Shown here piece by piece: positions 11,356 to 23,373 of a DNA stretch of 64,000 nucleotides (positions are counted from its first letter, which is position 1; each line of letters opens with the position of its first letter). A program made the position numbers and the translations under genes. The notes below the pieces were generated by a model, which did no database searches, was not told where the DNA came from, and saw only the letters and a program-made list of their open reading frames with translations. The stretch is taken from contig OZ361258.1 in the NCBI GenBank assembly GCA_977018835.1, positions 930,001 through 994,000 of the forward strand, read 5' to 3'. Origin of the DNA: Minutocellus sp. GHC0000111 (taxonomy: Eukaryota).

Positions 11356-11703
11356 GTTGGTGGCAGAAAAAATGAAAAGCGCGATAGACGCCTTGGCTGG
11401 GCCGCCGCGTTGGTTTCTCATGGGCCAGGGCGGCCTCTAATTCCCAGCAACTCCGGGTTCCGCTAAGGGCCGATTTAGCCGCTAGTTCAGGGCGATGTAG
11501 GAAAATTGAAAGTAAAAACATACGAGGTCAGATTCGCGAGAAATCGAGCGCCCGGTTTTTGACTGCTTTCGAGGGGATTGAAAAGCGCCTCGAAGAATAG
11601 TCATGCTGAAATATTTAAGAAAATGGCTATTTTTACTCTAATTTTGATTTATCTTCATGTGAAACAATAATTCGGATAAGACTTTAGATTTCAGCGGCTC
11701 TAA

Positions 11704-12156
11704 TCAAATGGACGCGTTCGTGCGACGCGACGGTTCGGCCTCCATCTCGTCTTCATCTTGAACGATGGCATGATACTCGCCTCGGATCGGCAGTACGATG
11801 CATTCGTCCCGGATCTCGCACCACAGCCAATCCGGGATGAGCTTGAGCTTCTTTAGCTCCCGCTTCACGCCGTTGAACTTGTAGATGAAGGTAACTGAGG
11901 AGTGGAACATCTCCGCGGCGGCCTTGTCGTACACCGATTCAGTTATTGCCACGACATCATCCATGTCGAGGGGCATGTTCTCGGCCCTTATCGCCCGGCA
12001 GACGAGTCGACTGACGACATTGAGGAGCATGTGCTTCTCAAAATCCTCGGGCCCGTCAATCTTGAGAGTTTTCTCCTGGTCAATGATGATGGCCAAGACA
12101 GCGGTGAGTATGTGTTCAATCCATTTGTGTCTCGGGCGGAAGTCGAAGCTGAGCAT
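11704..12156 (-). CDS. Second, opposite-strand ORF inside the mariner element; unknown helical protein
   Basis: 150-aa ORF with coding-like composition. The frame extends upstream through a single TGA at about 12232-12234. Confidence 0.5.
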   Translation of the reverse strand: MLSFDFRPRHKWIEHILTAVLAIIIDQEKTLKIDGPEDFEKHMLLNVVSRLVCRAIRAENMPLDMDDVVAITESVYDKAAAEMFHSSVTFIYKFNGVKRELKKLKLIPDWLWCEIRDECIVLPIRGEYHAIVQDEDEMEAEPSRRTNASI

Positions 12157-12314
12157 TTCGATGACGCGATCGGCATACTTGGACCGGTATACTGCTTCCC
12201 AACGAGTGCCGATCGGCAGCCTTCCGTTCTGTCATCGACGATCTTGCAACGGCGACCCGGCGGTATACTGCACCATGTCTCTTTGCAATTGCCAAGTGCA
12301 GGGAGCAGGCAAAG

Positions 12315-13620
12315 GTGGACTATTCGGTGCTGTCCAGCGCAGAGCATGGTGCACGATTTTCGGGATGGATGAAGGCGTATGGTGCTCTACCTGCATCTGA
12401 GAAAGCGATGTGGGAGATGAAGAGGAGATCTCATCTGGCTATGCAGCCATACATTCGAGATGTTATTGTTGATGCTCTGATACGAAATCCTCGGGAATCT
12501 TGGCGGGAGCTGGAGGTGGATGTCAACTTTTGGTGTTCCTACTCGGCAATACGGCGGTGAATAATGTCGCGGGAAGGGTTCCGGTACTATGCCGAAAGGA
12601 TCATCCCTCTCCTTACTACACATCAGATGGAGAAACATTTGGCATTTGCGCGGAAATTCCGAAACAATTGGGGGCTCGGCGGTGGCAAGTTTCTCCTTGT
12701 TATGTTCGATGAGAAGTGGTTTTGGGGCTTGGTTCTTCGATCGTATGCCAAGCAAGTTGCAGAATTGGGTATTGATCCTCGGTCCTTCTCGGCATATCAC
12801 CGAAATCACATCAACAAGTGCATGGTGGTGGCTGGCTGTCACTGCCTTGGCTTTTATTGACAGCATTGAGAATGGCGGCATTGCGTTCAAGCTTGGACTT
12901 TTTCGGGCTCAGGCGCATAAAATTGCGAGGCAGATGGTAAGGGAGGCGGTGCGGCAGGCAGATGGTAGAATCAAATATTGCGGCCCGGTGGTTCGGAAGA
13001 AAGACGATCTATACCTTGTGGATTGCGCGGTGACTGGATGCAGCCATGGCACCCTTGATAATCCCAAGTTCCCACTGAAAGCTTTGTTTGAGAACAAGAT
13101 ATTTCCGGATGTTGAGGCTTTGGTCGGACCTGGTGGAAAGTTTGAAGGCTATGTCCCTATTTTCCAGGGCGACAATGCTGGGCCCCATGCCGAGACTGAA
13201 TTTGTGGAATATGTGGAAGGATACTGTCGGGACAAGGGATGGCGTTGGGAACCTCAGGCCCCGCAAATGCCCCATATGAATGTTCTTGATCTGTCTGTTT
13301 TCCCTTGCATGTCAAAGCAGCATACAATGTTGTGCCGCGATCGGGAGGGGCTGAAGGTTTTGACAGAGGATCAGACTTGGGATGCAGCGGAGGAAGTTTG
13401 GATGGGGCTGGAAAACTGGAAGATCGCATCGGCATACATCCAGGCTCATAGAATTGCAAAGAAGGTAATTGTTGCAAAAGGCAACAATGATTTTCTTGGA
13501 AACGGTGAAGGCATTCATGTTGGGGTGCGAAAGGATTTCAGGCCGACTGAAAATGGCATGGTTCGGATAGATGGGAAAATTATCGCTCCTCCTCCTGCTG
13601 ATCCAACCATGGATAATTAG
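12315..13620 (+). pseudogene. Mariner transposase pseudogene
   Basis: Catalytic motifs FDEKWF, FQGDNAGPH, PQMPHMNVLDLSVF. In-frame TGA at 12558-12560 and a 4-bp duplication (GGCT GGCT, about 12830-12837) causing a frameshift. Confidence 0.88.
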
Positions 13621-13822
13621 TCCTGCGGTGCTTTTAAGTTATGTTGTGTTTAAAAATACTAGATTGGATTGTAGATCTGGATACTAGCTGCTGCAATACA
13701 TGTACTTTGCATTGTACATGTATTCAATGCCGGTAGATCTAAGATTCAGGCGGTTGCGGGCCCAAAAAGTCGCTGTTTTGGTCCCGACCCTGCGCTCGAT
13801 TTCTCGCGAAACGGACTTCGTA

Positions 13823-15577
13823 CAGACATGAACATTCATATGATACACCACTTTGTTTGAGAGGGATGGTGCACAGCATTAGGGTTAAACAAGTAACTAA
13901 GTCTTGTAAGCATGTAGTTTGTGTCTTTTAAGAGCCTGCCACACCACTTCATAGCACTCGTTTCTCATTGAGTTCATTTGGTGTTCAATTGAATTTTGTC
14001 TTGGTTTGCTAGTAATTGAGGTCTCTGTTCAGGTTCCTGCGCCAGCTCCAGTTGCTCGCAGCTTCATCAAGGGTGTCTTTGCTCGCACGGAAGTTCCTGC
14101 ACCAGCTCAGCACTGTCTCTGGTGTTTCTCCTTCAGCCAGCTGCATCCCCACTGTGTTTTCTTCCACACACTCGGGATGCCACTTTCGTCTCTCATCTGC
14201 GTGCACTCTTTGGCACTCTGACCCATCTTTTTTAAGTGTCAGATTCATTCAGCACTCTGTTTCGAGTCATGTTGTGCCCAGTGAAGTAGATTGCTGAGTC
14301 TTGCCGTCTCCCTCTCTGCTCACTGCTGTGTTGTTGCTAGCATCGCCAATGGTGGTTGCTCTTGACACTGCCATGTGGAGCAGCCCTGGGTTCTTTCCCT
14401 CCATTCCTTTGTCTCCTGGGTCCACAATCACCCGGTCCACCGCATTTGGTTGCTGGCCATGGCTCACTGGTCCTGCTGACTGTCCTTGGAATGTGTGGCA
14501 CGTTTTTGCAAATGACAGTGTGAGTGGGCAGCAAGTGGCTTTGCAGCACTTGTTTTTGCACATCATGGCTGTCATTGGAATTGGAACGACCTTTTCACAT
14601 GAGGGGGGAAAGGCAGGAGGTTGTTGGGTGTGAGTTAAACTGGTGCAGTTAAACAACCAATGACCTGACTCACGGCTTGGCTTCCAAAAGAACACCCCTC
14701 GGCATTCATCAAGAATCTAGTTCTTGCCTTTGGCTTCAGGGGGTCCCAGACCGGACCGCTGCACTGAGGGAACTTCACTGCCACGTAGCATGGTTGGTCT
14801 CCTGTGTTTGGATTTCTTCCTTCTTCTTTGAAAATAATTTTTTCTACCTCTCCCACGCTGTTGTTGAAGAGTCCCCACTCTGGTTCAAAGTTTCGGTCTG
14901 CCAGGCAGACCATGGCGCCTCTGCTAAGAACTGTTGCATTTGCTGGTGGGTTTGGAAAGTGTGCCTTGCGGACAGCTGCCTTCCCTGATGTGGACTCCCA
15001 CTTGGTTTTCACCAGGGCCACTGGGTTGCTGCTTGAACTGGACACCTTTTGTAGCTTCTGGTAGTTGAACTCATCCCTTGGCGCCTTTTTTGCAAAAAGA
15101 TGCATGGTTGTTCCTGTGCTTGTGATGGCTTCCACTTCTGCATTTCCAAAGTTGGTGAGGTGGCACTGCATTCGCAGCACCTCACACAAAGCCCCGGACG
15201 GGAGTGACGGCAGCAACAGATTGGATTCGCAAAAAGGTGCGTGCAGTCGTCCAAAGAATCAAGGTCCGGATCGACGGACACGAGGTTCACATTCTGCCCA
15301 TCAAGGACGAGCTTGGAGAAGGGCGGGGCCATCGTACACATAAAGCCGGTCCTCAGAAATCGAGGCAAGCAAGACGCCCTCTTGGCCCTCTTTCTGCTGC
15401 CGCGCTGTTCGCGGCACAAATATATTGCGCGAAGAATGCACATTTTGCCCCGATTTACAAAAGACCTTCCTTGTCCACAAAACACAGTTCGGCGATATTG
15501 CGCGCATCTCTGATTCATCCGTCCACTGACCAACGCATATTCCTCTCCTTTCTCTTGCATGTGCCTCGCATAACACT
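13823..15577 (-). mobile_element. Degenerate PIF1-like helicase element (Helitron-type relic) with internal deletion; ends not defined
   Basis: LSRGAMVCL..RNF.PEWGLFNNSVGEV, PLTLSFAKTCHTFQGQS (motif V), LLHMAVSRAT (motif VI). Intron 14727-14591 with a GC donor joins KPK|VVPIP. Confidence 0.7.
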
Positions 15578-17244
15578 TTTCAGGATCGGATTCGTCTCCA
15601 TACTTGACTCGTCGAAGAACTCGGCGGTACGATGCAGTGTTCTCAAGAAAAGTGACAAAGTTGGAAATTCCAACCATGTCGATTCCGCATTTGAGCTTGT
15701 CATTGAAATGGATGAGGGTAGCGAGGCACATATAGCCCCCGTAGCTTCCTCCCCATACTGCAATGCGATTTGGATCAAGGCCAAAAGAGTCTTTACCCTC
15801 AGCCTCGATCCATTCAATCAACGACCCAATATCCTTGACACTATCTTCGCGATTCCGGCCATTATCCAGGGTGACGAACGAATTGCCATATCCATTCGAA
15901 CCACGGACGTTAGGGTCGATAATTGCTATTTGGAATTTGTGCACGAGGAATTGATAAAAGGCTGAATAGGTAGGGCGATGCTGACCTTCAGGGCCGCCGT
16001 GAGGATGAATAAGTACAGGAATTCCCTGGCTCTTGCACGAATCATTGCTGGCGCTGTTATTGGGTTTGTAAACAATAGCCAGCAACAAGGTCGCCGGTCT
16101 CTTGATTATAAGCGATGCTTTCGACATCCCATGGTTTGATCTCCCGCCCGATGCCTCCAAGACCTTCATGCGAAATCATATGTTTAGTCTTCGCCCAAAG
16201 GAAGAGAGATTTATACTGACCACTACGATCAGACGAGTAGGCAACTGCCACTTCTCCCTTCTTTTCTCTACCGCCAATAATTTGGGCACTACTACCAACA
16301 GAGGCAGGCTCCTCGCCTCCTCCAATTTCCTCCATCGATTTCACCTTGGTCATGTCGTTCTCATATAGGATGAAAAGATACAAGCGAGAATCGGTGACAG
16401 AGGTATAGTGCTGAACAAGCAAATGGTTGTGATCAAAGTCCTTGATGCGCAAGTATCCAGACTTGGTATTGCTGTAGATTGAAGTGGTGGGGATGACATC
16501 ATTTCCTCGTTCCGAGCTTGGTTCCGCACGAACATGCCGAGAAATATCCTCAGCCGATACCAGATAAAGGTCAAAGTGGGTCCCATCTCTTGCATTCGAC
16601 ACAAATGCAGCATAAGGTTTGTCGTTGTTCCAGGCCCAACTGCGGTGCATGATGCGCTTGGACCCGTCCTCATCCTCATGAAGCTGCAGCTTGGACGTCT
16701 GTCCACCGGAATGATGCAGGTAGTACGACGTGTTTTCATCTCCGCCGCTGTCCTGACCAAAGACGAATAAATGTCCCTCACGGTTGGGGTTTGCAATACT
16801 ATCGTCAGTCACTGACTCTAATACGCCGGCATCGGCAACCATGGCCTCCCGAAAGGCCGCCGTGGCGGGGTAGCACTCCTTGACCGGCTCGTCACAATAG
16901 GTGAGCTGCTCCCTCATCGCCATGGGCCGCGCGACGTAATGCACCTGGGCCGAATCCGCAAATCTCGTCAAGACGTATATCCCACGATACTCTTCGTCAT
17001 CTTGGATCGTTGCATCTGGACGGTCCTTGAAGCCAACAAAGACGGCCCGGCGGGAGTTTTGATAGGGTCGGATGCTGGCCGAGAGGGCTGGGTCGGCGGG
17101 GGGTATGTTGGGAGAGACCAGCAGATTTTTCGTGCGGCGTTCCATGATGACGATGTCTTCGGAAGAATCCACGGCGATAAGCAGGGTGAAGATGAGGACA
17201 ATATGGTGCAAGTATGGGGGTATCAGCAGGATACGATGGGTCAT
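15578..17244 (-). pseudogene. S9-family prolyl oligopeptidase/acylaminoacyl peptidase, internally deleted and 3'-truncated
   Basis: Propeller region (RPMAMREQLTY, DSGGDE, SNARDG.HFD, PWDVES) jumps out of frame at about 16080 to AIVYKP..HGGPEGQ..PNVRGSNGYG..GGSYGGY..YGDE. It ends at about 15578, before the catalytic Asp and His. Confidence 0.8.
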
Positions 17245-17599
17245 GGCTTGACTACACTTGACTTTGCATTTATTTGCCGAGAGACTGCGTGCCACTGCGT
17301 CGAGACGACGGACGAAAACAGACCATTTTACGATTTTTCCATCGCCTTCTTTCGAGTGTCAGGCGGCCGCGCCATCTAATTTCACTTTTCTTCTTCTTTC
17401 CCGCAAATAAATCAAGCAGATGGCGTCTCTGTCGCTCTGCATTTTGATGTCTTCCTTCTGCGCTCTCCAGCTCCGCTGTCGTCATTATGTCTAGACTAAG
17501 GCTGGCTCGCTCAGCCAGCTCCATCTCACTCAGGAGAGGTCGGAAAAAAATCTTCGATCGGCGAAGTTCGTCATCGCACACGGAATCTAAAAGAAATTT

Positions 17600-17794
17600 T
17601 TCCAGCGGAAAGATTTCTTTTTCCGCGGAAGAAAAGGGCGAGGAATTTTTTCCGGCGGAAGATTTTCACGTGAAAGTGTTCAAAACAGCAAGGAAAATTT
17701 AAGCGAAGTCGGGAAAAAAACTTCGCCAAAACTTTCCGACGGAAAAATATATCTTTCTGCGGAAACTTCTTCTCAAGAATATCTTCCGACGGAA
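17600..17794. repeat. Cluster of six TTCC(G/N)CGGAA-like palindromic motifs
   Basis: Copies at 17600, 17621, 17650, 17734, 17755 and 17784, flanked by A/T tracts. Confidence 0.75.
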
Positions 17795-17887
17795 AAAAAT
17801 CTCTTCAAAACACCCGCAAGAAAATTTTCCGACCTCTCCAGCACTTGCTTTCCCCCAGAAACGCCACCCCCAAGCACCCCAAAACAC

Positions 17888-19022
17888 ATGTCGATGTCGG
17901 GCAAACATCCACCAAACGGATCTATGGCTGGTCATCGTGATGGCAGCTCGTCGGGCCCCAGAAGGAAAGGGGAGTCAACTCTAAATGATTCACAGCAGAA
18001 CAAACAGGGCATAAAACATTCCGGTCAGCAGCACAAAGGCATGGCGTCGCAAAAACAGACTCAGGAACCCGAACGATACCAAGGCGATCTTCGGGGCAAA
18101 CATGGCGGCATGAATGCCGAGCCCTGGAATTTGGATCAGAAAAAGAAGGAGCAATTCCTCATGTTCACGCGAGTTCTAATTAAGTATTTGGAAACCATGG
18201 ATTATGAAATGCACCAACGGGCCGAGCAGGTTCTCAAGATGTGCTCCGAAAGGAATGAGGCGGGAGATCCAGAATATTCCAGTTTGACAAATTGTATGCG
18301 AATCAATCTGAGAAGGACAGTTGGAGAACAATACTGGAGAAAGGCGGAAGTCTACACGAAAACCTTTCTGCAGACCAAAGGTGAGAGTTATTGGGATGAG
18401 AGTAAGCAGGATCAGAGTAAGGTCGGAGCAACGACACCAGCTCCTGTGACACCGGCGGCATCGATGACAAGTGCTACTGCTACGACCACCAAGAAACGAA
18501 AGAAAACGAAGAAGGTCGATCTTGATGAGGTGCCATTCGATCAGTTAGAGGATATCTACATGCGAAAGAAGCGGGGAAATACGTTGGCTATTCTTCGTTC
18601 TGCGCCATTTGAGATGCTTGATCAGGTCTTTCACGAAAGGAAGCGGCTCAAGTCTACAGTCGACCTCACATCATATGATACCGAGGAACAGCCAGACGGT
18701 ACTGGCGTTGCTCTTCGCATCCAAGCCGAGCCGAGCCGAGCAGCAACAGGCTCTTGTCAAAGTCAAGGATGAAAAGGAAGAACAAGCCGCCGAAATATCC
18801 AAGCTCCAAGGCAAGATCGAAGAAGGGAAGAAGTCAGCTGCCGCCAATCTACTGAGCCTTGAAAGGGTCAAGGAGTGCGTAATCTGCCAAGCGGCCGATA
18901 AATGCGTGGCTTTGTATCCTTGTTCGCATCTTGCTTTGTGTCATGAATGCCAGCACCTTGTCGATGAGTGCCCAATATGCCGAGAGAAGATTCAAGAGAG
19001 GAAGACAGTCAAAGTGGTGTAA
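17888..19022 (+). pseudogene. Helical-domain + coiled-coil + C3HC4 RING protein, frameshifted
   Basis: FLMFTRVLIKYLE...YWRKAE helical domain. RING CVIC...PCSH..LC..C.....CPIC lies in a different frame. Removing two extra CCGAG units at about 18731-18740 restores IQAEQQQALVKVK. Confidence 0.75.
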
Positions 19023-19235
19023 TCTGGTTGGGTAATTTTTACACGTTGTTATACACGTGGTTTTATCTATCTGTTGGAAAGGAGGTGCTGACGCGTACGC
19101 CGGATTGTTCGAGCAGCTCTATCTACTAATGCATGCATTATACTGCTGAGCCACTGTGCAGACATTAGCTCGATTATATGCACTTCTACTTATATACTGT
19201 AGTAGTCTCTAGTTTAGTGTAATCTAGTGTAATTA

Positions 19236-22200
19236 TCATTCTATGGCACAGTTTGGAAGACTCCAGCCCTGGTCATTAGCTCTTTCATTAAGGCGCAGAG
19301 ACCAAACCTGGGCCGGTGTATCAAGCGCCAAATGAAGTATCAGTGATTCACCGCCAGACGATCCCGCCGAAGCCGACGATCCACGCAAAAAGGTGCCGGA
19401 ATTGGCATCAGGGTCGATGCTCGAAGGTATACGCTGCAAACGCATTCCTTCCCATTCGAGCTCACTCCCTATCGTAGCCACGGGAAGCTGGGTCTCCTGC
19501 ATGATCTCACCCGTCTCCACATCGAATGCTCGAATAATACGGGCATTGTCAAAAAGAAGGTAGAGTAGGCCGTCAAAATATTGCATGCTTGCAACCTTTT
19601 CCTCTTTGAGACCTTTGGTCAATGTCTTCTTGTTCAAGGTGGAATACTTCACAGCTGTGTTGGAACTGTCAGTCAACGAACCCACATCAAAGACATCAAT
19701 GGACAAAGAGCATTTCTTCTCCTTGCTGCCATCGTCACTCAGACCGGCAACAACAAGTTTTGAGGGTGAAAGCCCATCGAAACCTGGCACCACTGCCATC
19801 GCCTCGGCCCCTCGAAGGCCAATTTTCCATCGTTGCACTTCAAGAAAATGTCGGCTGTAGAGGTGTTCTTGAGTCCATTTCAGTTCGATAATTTCCGATT
19901 CTTTGGGTCCCTCTGAGAGCGCAAATATCCGGTCGCCTAGATATTCCAAGGCTTCCAAATTGGCCCCTGGTATGTTGGCCACTACCTGGACGGGCTTCTC
20001 CCTGGTTGGGTCGTTGGGAACACCGTCTTCCAGCGCAAGAATACGATGTAAGGACGGCACCAATAGAAGGCTTTTATCATTGTCGATGATAGCTCCGGAT
20101 GGCTGAAGCTCCAATATAGGAATCCCTTGGAGTGATCTACGATTGCATTGTCCGGGATCTTCTCTCATCGTTGAAGAGAACATTGATGAGCTTCCATTCT
20201 CAGCTTGGTAGGAATAAACAAGAAGGAGAATAACTCCTGCAACGATACTTGATGTCAGAATCGATGGCCCGACGAAGTCAACGTAGCCGTACGGCTTTCC
20301 ACTTCTCATCAGGTAGATCCTTCTGTAGTAAATTGCCAATGCGTAGACGGCTATAAGCAGCGACATGGCAATCAACCATGTGGCCGCAATACCAGCTGAT
20401 TTCACATTTCGGTCGGCTCCCAAGATGAAGAGCAATTGAGATATTGTGATTATAAGTAATGCCGCGCTTATCCTGGTATTTGCAAAGTCAAGAAAACAGA
20501 GTGAGCAACTTATGAGTGAACAGAACTCGCGAAAAAACACAACATCACCACTGGAGGGCGTCGGGCAGTACTTACCATTGAATGAATGTACGCTCATTGG
20601 CAAAATGAGACTTGGGCTCGACTCTAGCTGGCCTCTTCGGAGCAATCTCTTGTTGTTTGTTGGTCATTGGAAAGAAACTCGCGCGGAGAATGGTGGATCG
20701 ACGCCGGGCAGTTCGTTTCTTTGGGCCCGATTTAGCAACGTCAATATTTTTTGGTTCTATTGTAGTTGCGCCGGTCGAATCAAAGCCACACGTGGTGATG
20801 CTCGTGGATTCAGTGGAACTCGATTTGGAGCTGGTATGAACAAGTTCAACGCCATCCGACAAGTCGCGATCCTCGCCGTAAAGAGGGGCAAAGGCGTCAT
20901 CTGATGCCCACCAAGGCAGGCGATCAACAGTATTGGAATTGAATAGACTTGCACCAGAGAGAAATTTGGAGAATTTCCTGGCTTCGACGATAACTCCATC
21001 GTCCTCCAACTCAGCAATGGAGGATGGGGCACCATCTTCTCCAGACACCTTGACCTCAAAGACACAATACGGAAGTTGAACCACGCAAGCACTATTGATG
21101 GTGTCTTCATCGTCGAGGCACCAGCTCTTGGAAGACGATGAGCGTTCATTAATCACCTGTATGTCCCGGTCGATGGTAAAGCGAACCTTGTTGGTGCTGG
21201 TCGACTGCAAGGCAATACGCGAGTAGCACGTCCGGGCGCTGGGACTCAGCTGCAGCTTGCATATCAAGTCACGCATCCGAAGGAGCAACTCGCTGAGGTC
21301 ATTGATCAGTTCTTCATCGTCAGTGCGATTGGCAAGACGGACCAGTGCTGAAGCCTTTTGCATGTCCCATCTACATTTTCGATGAGGGGGCAAAAAGAGC
21401 ATCGAAATATATGGTCAGAGGTCAAAAAGAGCCAAAAAGAATAGCATGTCAATCGTAAATGAATGTTCGAATGCAATACACTCACCTTCCAGTCGATGTA
21501 TTCAAAAGCTGCTGGACATCCTTCTCTCGAATAGGACAGCGTTCCTTGACGCTCCTATCCTGCAGCCATTTCTCGTGATGTGTCTTGAGCTCGAGGTACA
21601 CAATGTCGTCACCACTGGGCTTGGCATTGCCATACCATCGAATTCGTAGCAGCTTTGCCCCCTCGCTCCTCTTGAGCCTTTCGTTGTACAGGTGCAAATC
21701 GGGCGAGTCCAAATATACCGACGATATGGAAGACGTCACGGAGGACCAGAGTGCATTGTTGTTGCCCAACTGAGCGGCTGATGCATCCGGCTGAATGATA
21801 TCTTTCCTGTCGAGAATCCGTCCGCCCTTGCGACCGTAAACCAAAAGGGGTAGCTCCGTTATCGATGTGAGTACGACCTGCGATAGGTCTTGTTCCTTCA
21901 CCCAGTATTTGGTGGTCACACGCTCAAAGGACGATGGTGGGACCCATTTGCCGCCCTCGCCTTTCTCACCGCCTCCAATCGATGCCGATTGCACATCATG
22001 TGTTGGAATCTCACTATCCTCATTATTAGCACCGCCCAAATCCCGAAGAATGGAATGCGCATCGTTCAAAAGGACCACCAGCATGCCCTCCCCACGATTG
22101 CTCAGATCGAACACCACCGGATACAGATGGGATTGGAGCCGTCTCTCCACCAAGTCGCTGCACGAGGTTCCCAGCTTGGCATCGGCCAGTCCAGCCACGC

Positions 22201-22774
22201 GACGTAGCTCGGTGGCATCCTTTCGAGATTGACGTTGCAGCTGCAATGCTCGCTGCGATATCTCACTGGCACGTCGTAGGAGACTTTTCACATCGTCGGT
22301 AGCACCACCAGTGGTCGTGGTAGTTCGAGCCAATGCGTCGGCATCCAAGAGCAGGGCCCTGGCGTCGCTCTCAAGGCTGACCAAATTTGCCTGGACGGTC
22401 GATGCCGCCCTGCCAAGCTCCGCTTCGAGAGAATCGACGAAGGAGGCAGTGCTCGGTGGAGCGCCGGTTGCGCTGTTTCGACGACTTCCGCCGGCAATTC
22501 CGATGCAAATGCCCGAGGTGCGTCGACCAGCCGCACCGCTGGCTTCTCGGATGGAAACGCGTCCCGACTTTAGCTGACGATGGGCATCGTGCAGTTCGAC
22601 CTCGAGATACGACAGGGATATGCTGGTAGTACTGCTGTTGGTGGTGCTGGTGCCGGACGTCGATGACGACGACGGTGCTGTTGCAGGGGGTGCCGGCCCT
22701 TCTTCCGATGGATTACACGTCGTCGTCGTCGTCGTCGTCGTCGTCCCCGTGCTGCTACTTTGTGGTTCGGTCAT
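19236..22774 (-). CDS. VTC4: Vtc4-like polyphosphate polymerase (VTC domain + DUF202 3-TM) with C-terminal beta-propeller-like domain; exons 22774-21486, 21370-20576, 20472-19236
   Basis: FERVTTKYWV, ISSVYLD, LRIRWYG, ELKTH, SVKER, VRFTID, FEVK, KFSKF, VEPKSHFANERTFIQ-W-ISA. GT-AG introns 21485-21371 and 20575-20473 both restore the frame. Confidence 0.92.
22718..22744. repeat. (CGT)9 trinucleotide repeat encoding poly-Thr in the VTC N-terminus
   Basis: Read directly from the sequence. Confidence 0.9.
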
Positions 22775-23373
22775 GTGTATGTCTTGTGCCGGTTTGGGAT
22801 TATTATGGCCAGGTGAACAGAGATGAATCAGAAGGTGCGCCTATTATGTCTTGAAATGAAATATAATGCAGAGAAAGCAATGTGCATGTAGGACTGAAAA
22901 TAAATTGGCTGATGACTGGTGGGAAGGAGCTGCATGCAACGGCCGCCGAGAGCAGCAGCAGCTGAGCGAACAAGTTCGAAGCAGGAACTTCGCTCCACGC
23001 TTTCTTCAGTGTTTTTAGTGTGTATGGTTCAAACGTTTTGCGGAAACACCCTAACAAAAATAATACCGTAGCAAATACGGCATCTCTCTTGAAAATACGG
23101 AAAAGAGTGTTTCGATTATCCTCTACGCCTGTAAGAAGAAGAAATAATTTTTGTCATGCAAATGTCTCTGCGTCAGTGGCCGGCGCGACTGCCGCGACTG
23201 CCGCGAGCGAACAGGGAAGAAACAAGCACGTCCCTGGATACCGGCCAATGCTGTGACGTTGTTTGAAACGATTGACTGGTTGGTTGGTGCTTGCTACTAG
23301 CTAGCACGTATCTTCATCAGCTCAACCGATATTTCCACGTCCTTATCCACGGCCCAACTAACACAAAGCCAAC

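Larger units (their letters stand above)
11521..13822. mobile_element. Tc1/mariner DNA transposon (DD39D-related, DD38D spacing), 2.3 kb, defective
   Basis: Left end TACGAGGTCAGATTCGCGAGAAATCGAGCGC (11521-11551) matches the reverse complement of the right end TACGAAGTCCGTTTCGCGAGAAATCGAGCGC (13792-13822) at 28/31, including the flanking TA. Contains a transposase. Confidence 0.9.

Noticed and set aside
11704..12156. Fanzor/TnpB nuclease cargo in the mariner
   Set aside because: No RuvC motifs or zinc finger are visible, and the ORF is too short.
13823..15577. Canonical Helitron termini (5' TC, 3' hairpin plus CTRR)
   Set aside because: No convincing termini were found, so the element class remains tentative.
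22775..23373. Phosphate-starvation element (GAATCT-type) in the VTC/CotH promoter
   Set aside because: No exact match seen; only GAATCA.
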